From Acinetobacter sp. (GTDB taxonomy: Bacteria > Pseudomonadota > Gammaproteobacteria > Pseudomonadales > Moraxellaceae), in NCBI GenBank assembly GCA_041854545.1, contig JBHACK010000123.1:1-60755 (forward strand): DNA of 60,755 nucleotides, read 5' to 3'. Position 1 is the stretch's first letter. Each line of letters opens with the position of its first letter. Of the stretch, positions 40,678 to 50,440 are shown piece by piece. The notes under the pieces are model-generated. The model had not been told where the DNA came from. It did no database searches and worked only from the letters and a program-made list of their open reading frames with translations. Both the position numbers and the translations under genes were made by a program.

Positions 40678-41266
40678 TTTTGCACAATGGCACAAACAGC
40701 TGGTTAAGCTACATGATGATATTGATATGCGTGTGCCTAAACGTACGGTTTTTACAGAAGATTATGAGTTAGGAACAGACAGTTTAAGCAATAAAAAAGG
40801 TGAAAAATCTGTTATATGGCAAGCCTATTATGATGAAGAACAATCTGCCATTATGCTAAAAAACACGGTATCACAACAGGTGATTGCCGTTTTAAATGAT
40901 ATGCAAGGAATTACCAATGTTGGTTTGGCGTTTGATGGTCAGATGAATATGCACTTATGTTATGTACAAAATGGAGTGGCTAAATTACATTGGTTTGACC
41001 ATCGCACCCAACAACATGAAACATTGGCACTTGATGGGGTGCAATATCCATGTATGACATTTGATGACATTCGCCCACAAAATGCTGAAGTTGCAACGGT
41101 TATCTTGGCGTATATGAAAGGCACAATGTTATGTTATCGTTATCTAAATGAATATTTTGCGATTGAACATGAAGTGCAAGAGATTAGTCGTGGCAAATTA
41201 TGGCAAATTGCTAGCACGGTGGCTAATCGTCTTAAATTAACATGGCAATATGTGGAGTATAAATAA
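40631..41266 (+). CDS. Paralogue of the previous tail-associated protein
   Basis: DYELG...LAFD..M...P...D.R...Y.KG..L..RY..E....EH shared; likely start is ATG 40670. Confidence 0.6.
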   Translation: MGFLFLTYRWWKIMNNFAQWHKQLVKLHDDIDMRVPKRTVFTEDYELGTDSLSNKKGEKSVIWQAYYDEEQSAIMLKNTVSQQVIAVLNDMQGITNVGLAFDGQMNMHLCYVQNGVAKLHWFDHRTQQHETLALDGVQYPCMTFDDIRPQNAEVATVILAYMKGTMLCYRYLNEYFAIEHEVQEISRGKLWQIASTVANRLKLTWQYVEYK

Positions 41267-41994
41267 TGGTGATTTTTGATAATATTCGCTTAAATGGTGC
41301 AGATTACACCATGCAAGAATTAAAATTTAGTCAAGCATTAGGCTTGTCATCTCTCAACAATAAACAAGCAGAACAACAGCTGAATGAATTTTTAGGTCAT
41401 GTGCTTGAACACCAAGTAGAAGACATAAAGATGTTGAATGTCAAAGAGCGGTATTATTTTTTACTTAAATATTTGGCTAAGCACACATCGAATCTATTGG
41501 GTATTGATGTAGATTATTATCAATATATCCCTAAACATGAACCATTATCCAATATTGAAACCGTAGATAGTTATACTTTGGAGCATGAGCAAATACGCCA
41601 ACTAACAGGTTATGATATGGAATTGTTGGAGCAGTTAGGTTTATTGAATGCTAAAGAATGGTTATCCAGTGCTTTTGCCTTACAGTACAGTAATGAACAT
41701 ATCACGGCGTTAGCTGAGCCTTTAGACCCAAGAGATGATGATTATGCTAAAAAATTTAAACAACGTTTATCTTATTTAAATGACTTGCCTATCTCTGAAT
41801 ATGATGAATTGTATGGCAATTACTTAGAGTTATTAAACCATTTAGATGATATGGACGGTTTAAAGATAAATTTTGTATTTTCTGATTCAGGATTAGTTTT
41901 GACAGCACTTGATAATCAAGGGGGTACGGCTCTCAAGCCATGCCGATTTTGCTGTTCTAGTGCCTTTGGAAGATTCTTTGAAAGCATGGTCTGA
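41266..41994 (+). CDS. Baseplate hub assembly chaperone (P1 PmgB / T4 gp26-like)
   Basis: Recalled similarity: EQQL..FL....L...ER....IRQLTG..ME.LE. Confidence 0.45.
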   Translation: MVIFDNIRLNGADYTMQELKFSQALGLSSLNNKQAEQQLNEFLGHVLEHQVEDIKMLNVKERYYFLLKYLAKHTSNLLGIDVDYYQYIPKHEPLSNIETVDSYTLEHEQIRQLTGYDMELLEQLGLLNAKEWLSSAFALQYSNEHITALAEPLDPRDDDYAKKFKQRLSYLNDLPISEYDELYGNYLELLNHLDDMDGLKINFVFSDSGLVLTALDNQGGTALKPCRFCCSSAFGRFFESMV

Positions 41995-42217
41995 TGTAAT
42001 GATGCAACACATTTGGGCATTATCGCAAAATTGCAGTATGTCTATGACAGAAGTATTGCAATTACCTTTGAGTTTTGAGAAGTTGTTTTATGCTTCTCAA
42101 GCGTGGAAAATGGCTCAAGATAAAGTGAAAGAACAAAATGAATTACAAACCATGAAGTTTAAGCAAATTAATAACCTTATTAAGGCGGTTCAGGTTTTAA
42201 TTAATTCAAGACGTTGA
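41909..42217 (+). CDS. Small hypothetical protein (T4 gp51-like position)
   Basis: Overlaps the upstream gene; start uncertain (ATG 41999 possible). Confidence 0.45.
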   Translation: MIIKGVRLSSHADFAVLVPLEDSLKAWSDVMMQHIWALSQNCSMSMTEVLQLPLSFEKLFYASQAWKMAQDKVKEQNELQTMKFKQINNLIKAVQVLINSRR

Positions 42218-42220
42218 GTA

Positions 42221-42249
42221 TTGAAAATCATGTAATTCTACATTAATAT
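42221..42249 (+). promoter_or_regulatory. Sigma70 promoter of moron gene, TTGAAA-17-TAATAT
   Basis: Near-consensus; not the late motif. Confidence 0.6.
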
Positions 42250-42281
42250 TGTTATTCTTTTATTAATTTTGTAGGTGAAAT

Positions 42282-42911
42282 ATGTTTTGTTCTCAATGTG
42301 GTTGTGAAAATCAGAACCATGCTAAGTTTTGCACACAATGCGGTACAGCATTAACACCTACTGTACCATTTGCACAAGTAACCACACCGCCTAAAATTGA
42401 GCAAAATCTAAGTGTTGATGAAGAATTTGGCTTGGTCGTAGGAAAAGCGACATATCAAGATTACTTTAAAAATAAATGGTTTGAACAAGGCAGACCTGCA
42501 AATTTACAGGATAAATATTTAAAGAAATCTAGCTTTAATTTAGCAGGCTTTTTATTTGGTTTTCTGTATATGGGTTATCGAAAAATGTATTTTGAATTAA
42601 CCTGTTATTTTGCTGTTATTGCGGTCTTGGATATTATTATTATGTATATCATGGACAAGGAAAGTGTTTTTCTATGGATTGCTACTTTAGCGAGCGTTGG
42701 AACAAGTGTTAATATGATATATTATAACTTTTGTAAGAAAAAAATTGAGCGTTTAAGAGAAATTGGTTACGACACTCAAACTTATAGGGAAAAATTAGCA
42801 GAACAAGGTGGAACTAGCGTAGCAGGTATTTTTATAGGATTATTTATTGTTTTCGGAGTTTCTATTATTTTGTATGGTTTATTTGCCCCAGATTGGTATT
42901 GGTCAGAGTAA
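42282..42911 (+). CDS. Zinc-ribbon + DUF2628 membrane protein (moron)
   Basis: MFCSQCG..N...AKFCTQCG; SFN.A.F.FG..Y..YRKMY; GGTS followed by a TM helix. Confidence 0.8.
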   Translation: MFCSQCGCENQNHAKFCTQCGTALTPTVPFAQVTTPPKIEQNLSVDEEFGLVVGKATYQDYFKNKWFEQGRPANLQDKYLKKSSFNLAGFLFGFLYMGYRKMYFELTCYFAVIAVLDIIIMYIMDKESVFLWIATLASVGTSVNMIYYNFCKKKIERLREIGYDTQTYREKLAEQGGTSVAGIFIGLFIVFGVSIILYGLFAPDWYWSE

Positions 42912-42922
42912 ATTAACAACTT

Positions 42923-42947
42923 AGCCCACATGAATGTGGGCTTTTTT
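42923..42947 (+). terminator. Rho-independent terminator
   Basis: AGCCCACA-TGAA-TGTGGGCT followed by a T tract. Confidence 0.8.
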
Positions 42948-42974
42948 ATTAATTCCGCCGTAAAACTTTAGGGC

Positions 42975-43014
42975 GGAATTGATAAAAAATGATAGGGTAT
43001 ATTTTTGCCATAAT
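42975..43014 (+). promoter_or_regulatory. Late-promoter motif GGAA-N30-CATAAT
   Basis: Near-duplicate of the copy at 30804. Confidence 0.75.
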
Positions 43015-43044
43015 ATAAATGTAATCACATAAGGTTTTTAAATT

Positions 43045-43599
43045 ATGGCAAATATTCATAGTGTCGCAAATGGCAGACGATTGTCTGCTCGTAAAGTCAT
43101 TATGCAAACAACAGCAACACTAAAAGGAAATGTGTGGCGTAAAGTTGTCTTGTATGCAAATCCTAATAACCCACAAGAACCTGAAGACGTATTGAGCTTT
43201 GAAGCATTACAATTATCACAGCAGGACGAAGCGGATTATAAATACAATGAACTCATGTCTGCTTATGTGTTGTTCGATAAATTTCATGGCGGATATATGC
43301 ACGACAACGAAACCATGAATAATCCTGTTGATATATCAATTTATGCTCAAATTGAGTTAGCAGATGGAAATCTAACATTTGATGAGCAAGTACGCACCAT
43401 TCCTGATGAACAGTTAAAAATTGGCGATTTAATTGCGATTGCCATTCCTTTAAGAACCGATATTGAACAAGATGATACTGAGCCTTTGATTGTTTGGTTT
43501 GAAGTGGTTGGTATTGATGGTCAGTCCATGTTAAGTGATTTTGGGCGTAAATTTTTATTAAATCGCCGTGATGATTTAATACAAGCGTTATTTAATTAA
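43045..43599 (+). CDS. Probable neck/head-closure protein (P1 gp7-like)
   Basis: Late promoter; weak recalled similarity. Confidence 0.4.
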   Translation: MANIHSVANGRRLSARKVIMQTTATLKGNVWRKVVLYANPNNPQEPEDVLSFEALQLSQQDEADYKYNELMSAYVLFDKFHGGYMHDNETMNNPVDISIYAQIELADGNLTFDEQVRTIPDEQLKIGDLIAIAIPLRTDIEQDDTEPLIVWFEVVGIDGQSMLSDFGRKFLLNRRDDLIQALFN

Positions 43600-43612
43600 G
43601 AAAGGTTGAATT

Positions 43613-46600
43613 ATGAAAACAGCACAACAACGTATTGAGCATTTAATTCGTGTGTTTAAAGAAAGACAAGAAATAGAGAAAGACGTTCAAGAGTTGGTAG
43701 GTCATGCTTTGTATAAAAAGAAACCTACCATTACGCAAATTGCACCTGTTAAACAGTCCATCGCTGAAACGTCCGAAACGTATAATAGTCAGGTTTCTTT
43801 TGATACGAATATAACAAATCATCAAATAGATATAGATGTCAAATTAGTGATTGATGAAAATCTTACACCTAAAGAACGTAGAAAAGTAGTTGAAAAGTGG
43901 TTGCGTGAGAATTTACAGGGCAAGACAATTACTTCTGTTGATGGGAAAAAGATTTATTTTAACCGTGCATTAAGTGTTGAACATTTAGCACATGATAGTC
44001 GTGCAAGTTATTTAGATGCAAAAGCGGTTACGCATATCGTTGAAGTATTGACACAAGGTAAATTCATTGAAAAGCAATCTTTATACAAAGAGCGTAATGA
44101 TGGGATAATTGCCTTTCATGTTTATCAAAAATGGGTAAATATTGATAATTACAGCGTTTTATTGCAAGTAAAAGCAGGGGAATTTGATGATGGCAGAATT
44201 GCCGTGTTTGGAGACTTGGTTGCTTATGCTAAGAAAATAATAAAACAGGGTATCACTCCTAACGATAATCAATTACTTGATGGCGTTTTGACAATGTCAA
44301 AGGAATTTATCCCTGTTCAAGAAAATAATAGCATAATTTTTGATAGTGTTCAACATAAAACGGAATGTGCATTGCTTATTTTACAAGTGCTTGATGAACA
44401 TGGACAAGACATCACTCAACATGTTTTAGATGAAAACAAACCTTATTCGAGCCTGATGACAGGTCGTAGCAATAAGGTTAAAACCGCCAAAGGCACAAAA
44501 CTAGATACGGTTTTCGCTATTGTTGAAATTGACGATGTTATCGCCAGTCATACAGAAACAGGTACAGAAAACCCACAATATCCACAAGCACTACAACCAA
44601 GAGACCGTAGCCGTGAATCATCTCAAGCATGGGTACAAAAAACAGCGAATAATTTAGACCCTGAGAGTTTAGGTCGGACTGGACGTGCAGATACAGGCTC
44701 TCCAATTGTAGGTAGCGATTTAATTGTGGAAAGTGGCAATGGTCGAACAATGGCAATTAAATTGGCTTATAAGAACGGAAAAGCCGATGAGTATAAACAA
44801 TGGTTAATTGATGAAGCAGAGTATTTTGGTTTTGATTCTGAACAAGTTGAGCAATTTAGACAGCCAATTTTAGTTCGTATTCGCCAAACAGAAATTGACC
44901 GTGCGACTTTTGCAATTGAAGCAAACCAAGATGACAAATTAAGTTATACTGCAACTGAACGTGCCAAAAGTGATAGCAAACGCATTACTCAAGAAATGTT
45001 ACACTTATTTGAGCCAAGTGATGATGGCGATTTGCTTGCAATGAGTAACCGTAAATTTATTAGTGCATTTTTGGCAACTTTAGGAGATACTGAATCAGCA
45101 CAATACATTGACAAAGATGGACGACCAACACAGGCTCTGATTACTCGTATTAAAGCAGGTTTATTCGCAAAGGCGTACAATGATGACCGATTGCTTGAAA
45201 TGATGGCTGACCATAGTAAACCTGAGTTACAAAATATGCTTAATGCCTTAAGCCTTGCCGTCCCTAAATTTATTGAAGCACAAGCAGTCAATAAAGGGCA
45301 TACACAAGAAGTAGCAGAAAGTATTGTTGATAGTATTGAACAATCCATCAATGACCAAGTAAAAAATGCCATTGTAGATGCGACCAACATGATTATATCT
45401 GCAAAACGGAATAATCAAGCGATTCATGAATATGTACAGCAACAAGGGTTGTTTGACGATATTGATGAAAATATTGCAAAATTAGCTATCTTTATTGCAA
45501 CTAATCAACGTAGTGCCAAAAAGATGGCAACCCTATTTAAGGCGATGGCTGAGAAAATTGAATTATATGCGATTGATAGCCAAACTATGGGGCTATTTGG
45601 CGACCCTGAACCAATCAATTTAGAAGATGTTGTCAATTATGCGTTTGATGTTTTTGATAAAAATTATGCTGATAATAGTATGACATTATTCGATAGTGCC
45701 AAGCAAGAGGAAGATAATATGGGCGATATTGAATCAAAAAAACAACGTATTCAAAACTTAATCCAGCGGTTTAAACAATTGGATAACCCTGATTTAGTAT
45801 TTTTACTAGATGTGGCTAAACAGAGGTTAGACAATATGCGTGAACATGATGTAGGTGAGCGGTTAAAGCAAATTGTTGCTCAAGATAATCCAATGTTAAA
45901 TCCTTATATTCCTAATGCAATTCTTGGTTATAGACAGGCTTTGGCACAAGTTGTAGCAAAGTTAGAAGATAATATAGGTGATTCTCAATTAGAAAACAAT
46001 ATGATTAGTTCTCATAGTCCAAAAAATCAAATTAAAGTGCCAGATATTTATAAAGGAGCTAGTTTTGAAACAACGAATACAATTAGCTTCAATGAATATT
46101 TGGAAGACTTTTTAGATTTACATATTGGTCTAATGGGAAGAGAAGAGCTGGCTGAAGCTAGACTTTCTTACAATAAATTCATTGAAGAAGCAAAGAACAA
46201 GAAAACACCTAAACAGCAAAAAGATGAATGGTTTTTTGCTGAAAAGGACAATAAACAAGCTATGCTTGAATATCATGGTATTACCGAAGATGTTTTTGAG
46301 CAAATTACACTTGAACAACTTGCATCAATTCGTACAAGTAAAGATTCTGTGGGTTATAAAGACCCAAAACGCCAATTATGGCACGATTATCGTGTTGCAT
46401 TAACTCAAAAGATTAGAGAGCATTTCAAAACAACTAGAGTCAAAAAAACTGCAAATGGTGAGTTAAGTGGAACACCTAAACAGGTCAAATGGGCTAAAAG
46501 TTTAAGAGATAGATTTGTACAACAAGTAACAGGTGATATTGCAACACTTGCTAGAACTGCTTCGGTAGCACAAAAAGCAACTTTCTGGATTAATCATCGT

Positions 46601-46651
46601 GATTCATCTATTGCAGAAATAACAGCAAAACTTTCTAGAAAAACACGTTAA
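43613..46651 (+). CDS. ddrB: Polyvalent protein: LPD3-like nuclease domain + DdrB-like ParB domain + C-terminal GTPKQ..WA domain
   Basis: NPQYPQALQPRDR...G.PIV....VESGNGRT (DdrB-type ParB); N-terminal I.F....EH....I.E.L..G....FH.Y pattern. Confidence 0.65.
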   Translation: MKTAQQRIEHLIRVFKERQEIEKDVQELVGHALYKKKPTITQIAPVKQSIAETSETYNSQVSFDTNITNHQIDIDVKLVIDENLTPKERRKVVEKWLRENLQGKTITSVDGKKIYFNRALSVEHLAHDSRASYLDAKAVTHIVEVLTQGKFIEKQSLYKERNDGIIAFHVYQKWVNIDNYSVLLQVKAGEFDDGRIAVFGDLVAYAKKIIKQGITPNDNQLLDGVLTMSKEFIPVQENNSIIFDSVQHKTECALLILQVLDEHGQDITQHVLDENKPYSSLMTGRSNKVKTAKGTKLDTVFAIVEIDDVIASHTETGTENPQYPQALQPRDRSRESSQAWVQKTANNLDPESLGRTGRADTGSPIVGSDLIVESGNGRTMAIKLAYKNGKADEYKQWLIDEAEYFGFDSEQVEQFRQPILVRIRQTEIDRATFAIEANQDDKLSYTATERAKSDSKRITQEMLHLFEPSDDGDLLAMSNRKFISAFLATLGDTESAQYIDKDGRPTQALITRIKAGLFAKAYNDDRLLEMMADHSKPELQNMLNALSLAVPKFIEAQAVNKGHTQEVAESIVDSIEQSINDQVKNAIVDATNMIISAKRNNQAIHEYVQQQGLFDDIDENIAKLAIFIATNQRSAKKMATLFKAMAEKIELYAIDSQTMGLFGDPEPINLEDVVNYAFDVFDKNYADNSMTLFDSAKQEEDNMGDIESKKQRIQNLIQRFKQLDNPDLVFLLDVAKQRLDNMREHDVGERLKQIVAQDNPMLNPYIPNAILGYRQALAQVVAKLEDNIGDSQLENNMISSHSPKNQIKVPDIYKGASFETTNTISFNEYLEDFLDLHIGLMGREELAEARLSYNKFIEEAKNKKTPKQQKDEWFFAEKDNKQAMLEYHGITEDVFEQITLEQLASIRTSKDSVGYKDPKRQLWHDYRVALTQKIREHFKTTRVKKTANGELSGTPKQVKWAKSLRDRFVQQVTGDIATLARTASVAQKATFWINHRDSSIAEITAKLSRKTR
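44235..44318 (-). ncRNA. Putative ~80-nt antisense hairpin RNA embedded in the CDS
   Basis: Promoter TTGAAC-17-TATTAT (44325-44353); end stem AACAGGG/CCCTGTT, inner stems and a U tract. Confidence 0.5.
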
Positions 46652-46685
46652 AGATAGCTTAATCAATTTTAAGTAAATTAAGACA

Positions 46686-46722
46686 AAAATAATCGATTTT
46701 GAGCAATCAAAATCGATTTTTT
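46686..46722. terminator. Bidirectional terminator
   Basis: AATCGATTTTGA-GCAA-TCAAAATCGATT between convergent genes. Confidence 0.7.
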
Positions 46723-47614
46723 ACAATTTACCTACCCAAAATTTACTCATCATGGTTGTACCTTGACCAAAGCCATCACCTTTGAATACATGGGCAGATG
46801 TGATAATAACCATCTTTTCATCGCCAATCTGCACCAAGTCTCCTGCCTGTAATTCAAACATCAATGGACGTAATATTGTGCCTTGTATCATCAACACTTT
46901 GGACATATTTTTGATTTGACGGCTATCAATTTGCCCACGTTGTATTATTTGTTGGTTTTTAAAGGTGTCATCACCTAATACTGTTGAACCGTCTTTATCA
47001 ACACTTAATACGCTTACTTTTTGGTTGTCTATTAGGGCTTGGCTATGCACACGTTGTAAAGATGTGCTTTCAAATATATATTTGACTTCTTGCTTAAATA
47101 ATTCATCAATTTTAATTGCCCATACCTTATTGTTCCTTAAACAAAAAACACAGGCTTCTGATTGCATGGCATGGGCTAATCGTTCTGTTGGTAATACGCC
47201 CTTAAAACAGACAAAATAGGGGAGTGGAACATCAACTGAACCAAGTGCAATTTTTGCCCCTAATGCTCGATAGACTGAGTTAAATGATGTATTGCGTAAA
47301 ATAACGGCTTTATTGCTTGCGGTAATTAATGGTTCACAACCTACTGGAATTGCCACACCTGCTATACCGCCTATAGGCTGACCATCTTTGAGCGTATCAC
47401 TATGTAAAGCTGATAGCTTAATCACCACATATTCTGTGGTTAAATCTGCCACATATAAACGACTATTGAGTTTTAGATGTTGTTGCGTATCTGCCGTTAC
47501 TCGAACAGCAAACTCAAAACTTGAAGGCACGGCGACTAAATCCGTGCGTAATACGGCATGAATAATATCATTGGCTAAAATAGGATTATCCATGCCTTGT
47601 ATTTGAATACGCAT
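46721..47614 (-). CDS. Baseplate hub protein (P1 gp6 / gpD-like)
   Basis: LRTDL..VP...E and L.AGD.V.IG....VI....H motifs. Confidence 0.55.
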   Translation of the reverse strand: MRIQIQGMDNPILANDIIHAVLRTDLVAVPSSFEFAVRVTADTQQHLKLNSRLYVADLTTEYVVIKLSALHSDTLKDGQPIGGIAGVAIPVGCEPLITASNKAVILRNTSFNSVYRALGAKIALGSVDVPLPYFVCFKGVLPTERLAHAMQSEACVFCLRNNKVWAIKIDELFKQEVKYIFESTSLQRVHSQALIDNQKVSVLSVDKDGSTVLGDDTFKNQQIIQRGQIDSRQIKNMSKVLMIQGTILRPLMFELQAGDLVQIGDEKMVIITSAHVFKGDGFGQGTTMMSKFWVGKL

Positions 47615-48075
47615 TAATATTTAATTCCTATGTCTAGTGTAATAGGGGGCTCAACAAAGGATTCTCGTTGCAGTAATTGGCGTGCCTGTATATACATATT
47701 TTGGGCTTCAGAAACAGACATACCGAACTGCTCACCGCCTAAGCTACGGCTACTTTCCATCATTTGAGCTTGTTTAACATCACATTTAGCCAATACAACA
47801 GGTTGAATAATTGCCCATTCAAAGGCTTCTAGTATTAAATGCTCATCGATTTCAATTAAGTGTTTGGCATTGCGTTGAGCATAGAGTAATGCCCAACTTG
47901 CATAATATTGCACTTCACCGAGTACCGCAGTTAGAACATCGGAATGTAGTAAGGAATAGCCGATTTGTAGCAACTCTTCATGTAGTTTAGTGGCAAATTC
48001 GCCAACTTCACCTGCAGATAAAGATAAATAGACATCTTTTCGCATAGGTGGTTTGTATTCTGCTACGCCGTGCAT
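47614..48075 (-). CDS. Probable head-tail adaptor
   Basis: Helical protein in the portal operon; inferred from position. Confidence 0.4.
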   Translation of the reverse strand: MHGVAEYKPPMRKDVYLSLSAGEVGEFATKLHEELLQIGYSLLHSDVLTAVLGEVQYYASWALLYAQRNAKHLIEIDEHLILEAFEWAIIQPVVLAKCDVKQAQMMESSRSLGGEQFGMSVSEAQNMYIQARQLLQRESFVEPPITLDIGIKY

Positions 48076-48371
48076 TATCCTGCTACTCCAGATGTTACAT
48101 AAATTTGAACATCATTACCGCTTAATACTTTATAGCGAATACTATGCCAAACGTGCTGACGGAATGGCTCGCTATCAGGCACACCAGCTTGCATGGTTAC
48201 AATCGGAATCCAATGCTCATCTTTGTGTACATCAGGGTTAGGAACGTTAGAGCCACTAAACTCTACTGTTCCGTTTAACACTTGATAGTTAAAAATAGCT
48301 GAACCGCATTGCGTTCGCATTGCAACATCGCCTGTTTTTTTCTCAACTTCATTAAAAAGTAAAAATGCCAT
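48075..48371 (-). CDS. Hypothetical virion protein
   Basis: GGAG RBS; beta-rich. Confidence 0.6.
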   Translation of the reverse strand: MAFLLFNEVEKKTGDVAMRTQCGSAIFNYQVLNGTVEFSGSNVPNPDVHKDEHWIPIVTMQAGVPDSEPFRQHVWHSIRYKVLSGNDVQIYVTSGVAG

Positions 48372-48373
48372 CT

Positions 48374-48778
48374 CTATTCTCCAAATTCTTTAATTAAGTC
48401 TGATGAATCTTGTTTGATTGGATTAATGCCTAATTTCTTTTGCTTTAGGGAAATAATGCACAATGTAATACTGGTTAGTAATTGGACTTTGCAAATTAAG
48501 AAATACAACAACATGAATAAGAATAATGGAAACCCATTTGCTCCAAAGCTCACTAATACGTCATACATTGTAACGAGAATCAGCATTACCAGTACCATAA
48601 TCAAAACCAATGCAACAATAAAGCTATCAATACATTGTTTAATGATGTAGTTTTTTTGTACTGTATTTAGTGCATTAAATGCCACAATAGCGGTTGTTTT
48701 TTTACGCCATCGCACCGCACAGAACACAAAATAAACTAAAAACAGATTTAATAATATGCTTAATATGAGATTGCTCAT
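48374..48778 (-). CDS. Three-TM membrane protein
   Basis: Three hydrophobic segments; ATGA-coupled to the portal gene. Confidence 0.6.
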   Translation of the reverse strand: MSNLILSILLNLFLVYFVFCAVRWRKKTTAIVAFNALNTVQKNYIIKQCIDSFIVALVLIMVLVMLILVTMYDVLVSFGANGFPLFLFMLLYFLICKVQLLTSITLCIISLKQKKLGINPIKQDSSDLIKEFGE

Positions 48779-50406
48779 GTGTTACCGCCTTGTTCATCAT
48801 CTTGCACTAAATCGTCATCATTATTTGCCAAGTCATCATCAATAGAGTCGTCATCATTCGCCTTGTCTGATTCATCTTTTTTAGCTAAATCTTTAGCAAT
48901 TGATTTTGCGACTTCATAATCAAAACCACCATTACGTTCCAATAAGTCCGCCATAACTGGTTCACTTAAACCTGTTTCTTTGAGTTGTAACATGGTTGCC
49001 ACTTGTAGTGATAATGCACCCATACGAGCTTGATTATTGCTAATGATTTCGGTCATGGCTGACGATTGGTCGCTATAGAATTGAATATCCCATACATAAT
49101 CCTGTTCATCGTCAAACACTTCACCATACACCTGCCCCCAATCTAAGGCGATTAAATCATTAAGCATGGCTTTACAGGCTTGGCGTATCATCATTGAGCG
49201 TTTCATAATTTGTGATGATGTATGGAAACTTGCTCCATCACCTAGTCCCCCTGCAAGCATATCTGCCCAACCGACCATACTGGGGTCTAGCCCTAGACCA
49301 CCCATTAATAGGCGAACATTGAGCATAAAGGTTTCAATGTTGATTGGTGATGAGCGTTGTCCTTTTATATCTCCCATTGGACTAATGACTTGTTTATCGC
49401 TAGATACAGGCAATAGATGGTAATTTGTTGCATATAAAGATTGTCCACCTTTGAATGCACTGGTAATAAATTCTTTATGGCGTGTTAATGTGTCGGTAAA
49501 ACCAGTAATCCATGCTTGGCGTTGAGCTGGCGACATAGCACTCATATCAACCTGTAAAAAAACTTGCTGTACCGCATCTGCAATCTGCTGACTGTTCATA
49601 GCTGATAGTGTAACCATGATGTCATCATATATGCGTTCAACTTCTGCACAAAATGAACCGCCTACCTTAGCAGGTACAATAGGAATATCATCTAAATTGT
49701 CCGACTGTAGCACTTTGCCCATATACAGTTGTTGAGCGTAGCCTTGTTGCTTAATATCTGTCATGCGTGGCATTTTCATTCTTAGCATTTGTAAACGGCT
49801 GAGTTTGGCAATTTGTTTATACCAGTTATCGCTTTCTAGTACATGAAATGCAACAGTTTCGCCCACATGTTCATAGGCTTGAATTAATGGGGGGTAGGTG
49901 AGTTCATTACATAATAGCTTGGTAATGCCTTTGCCTTTTTCGCTATACACTCGTACATAACTATCACCAAAGCAAATAGCATCTCGACAAATTTTTACGA
50001 TATGTTGGTTAATTAGGCGTTGTAAATGTGGGATACGTTGCTCTAATTGTTCAACATATTTTTTTTCAGTAGGGCTTAAATTGTCATGTTTTAGCCGTTG
50101 TGCAGGTGTAATAAAAACTTGTTCGCCTGTTGCTGGGTCGCCACCTAAGGCAGCCGCCACATGAATCCCCATTGCTTCTGCAATTGGTGCAAAGCGTAGC
50201 ATTTGTTCCCATTTACTGTAGATTTCTTTGCGTGTGCGTGCTGGATTTTTTTCATCGATAAATGTCCCTAATGAAAAAGGGTTCATCATATCTTGTGAGC
50301 GTAAAAGGTTTTCTTGGCTTGCTTGTGCTATTTGGGCGTTATATGGTTGCGTATCCTGCAACAAAATCTCAATGCCTGAATTAACCAAATCAGAAAAAAT
50401 GGACAT
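48775..50406 (-). CDS. Portal protein (P1 Prt-like)
   Basis: R..IY...EQM...AM.IHV.AAL; FGDSY.R.Y; LGLD.SM.GWAD...GGLGDG; acidic tail. Confidence 0.8.
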   Translation of the reverse strand: MSIFSDLVNSGIEILLQDTQPYNAQIAQASQENLLRSQDMMNPFSLGTFIDEKNPARTRKEIYSKWEQMLRFAPIAEAMGIHVAAALGGDPATGEQVFITPAQRLKHDNLSPTEKKYVEQLEQRIPHLQRLINQHIVKICRDAICFGDSYVRVYSEKGKGITKLLCNELTYPPLIQAYEHVGETVAFHVLESDNWYKQIAKLSRLQMLRMKMPRMTDIKQQGYAQQLYMGKVLQSDNLDDIPIVPAKVGGSFCAEVERIYDDIMVTLSAMNSQQIADAVQQVFLQVDMSAMSPAQRQAWITGFTDTLTRHKEFITSAFKGGQSLYATNYHLLPVSSDKQVISPMGDIKGQRSSPINIETFMLNVRLLMGGLGLDPSMVGWADMLAGGLGDGASFHTSSQIMKRSMMIRQACKAMLNDLIALDWGQVYGEVFDDEQDYVWDIQFYSDQSSAMTEIISNNQARMGALSLQVATMLQLKETGLSEPVMADLLERNGGFDYEVAKSIAKDLAKKDESDKANDDDSIDDDLANNDDDLVQDDEQGGNT

Positions 50407-50440
50407 ACCTTAACCGATTTATAAGTAAATAATTGCTTAC

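Noticed and set aside
41909-41994. Mu-type -2 frameshift at GGGGGT joining 41266..41994 to 41909..42217
   Set aside because: The frames are compatible, but the pair is not next to the tape-measure gene and is better explained as separate gp26/gp51-like genes; no supporting evidence.
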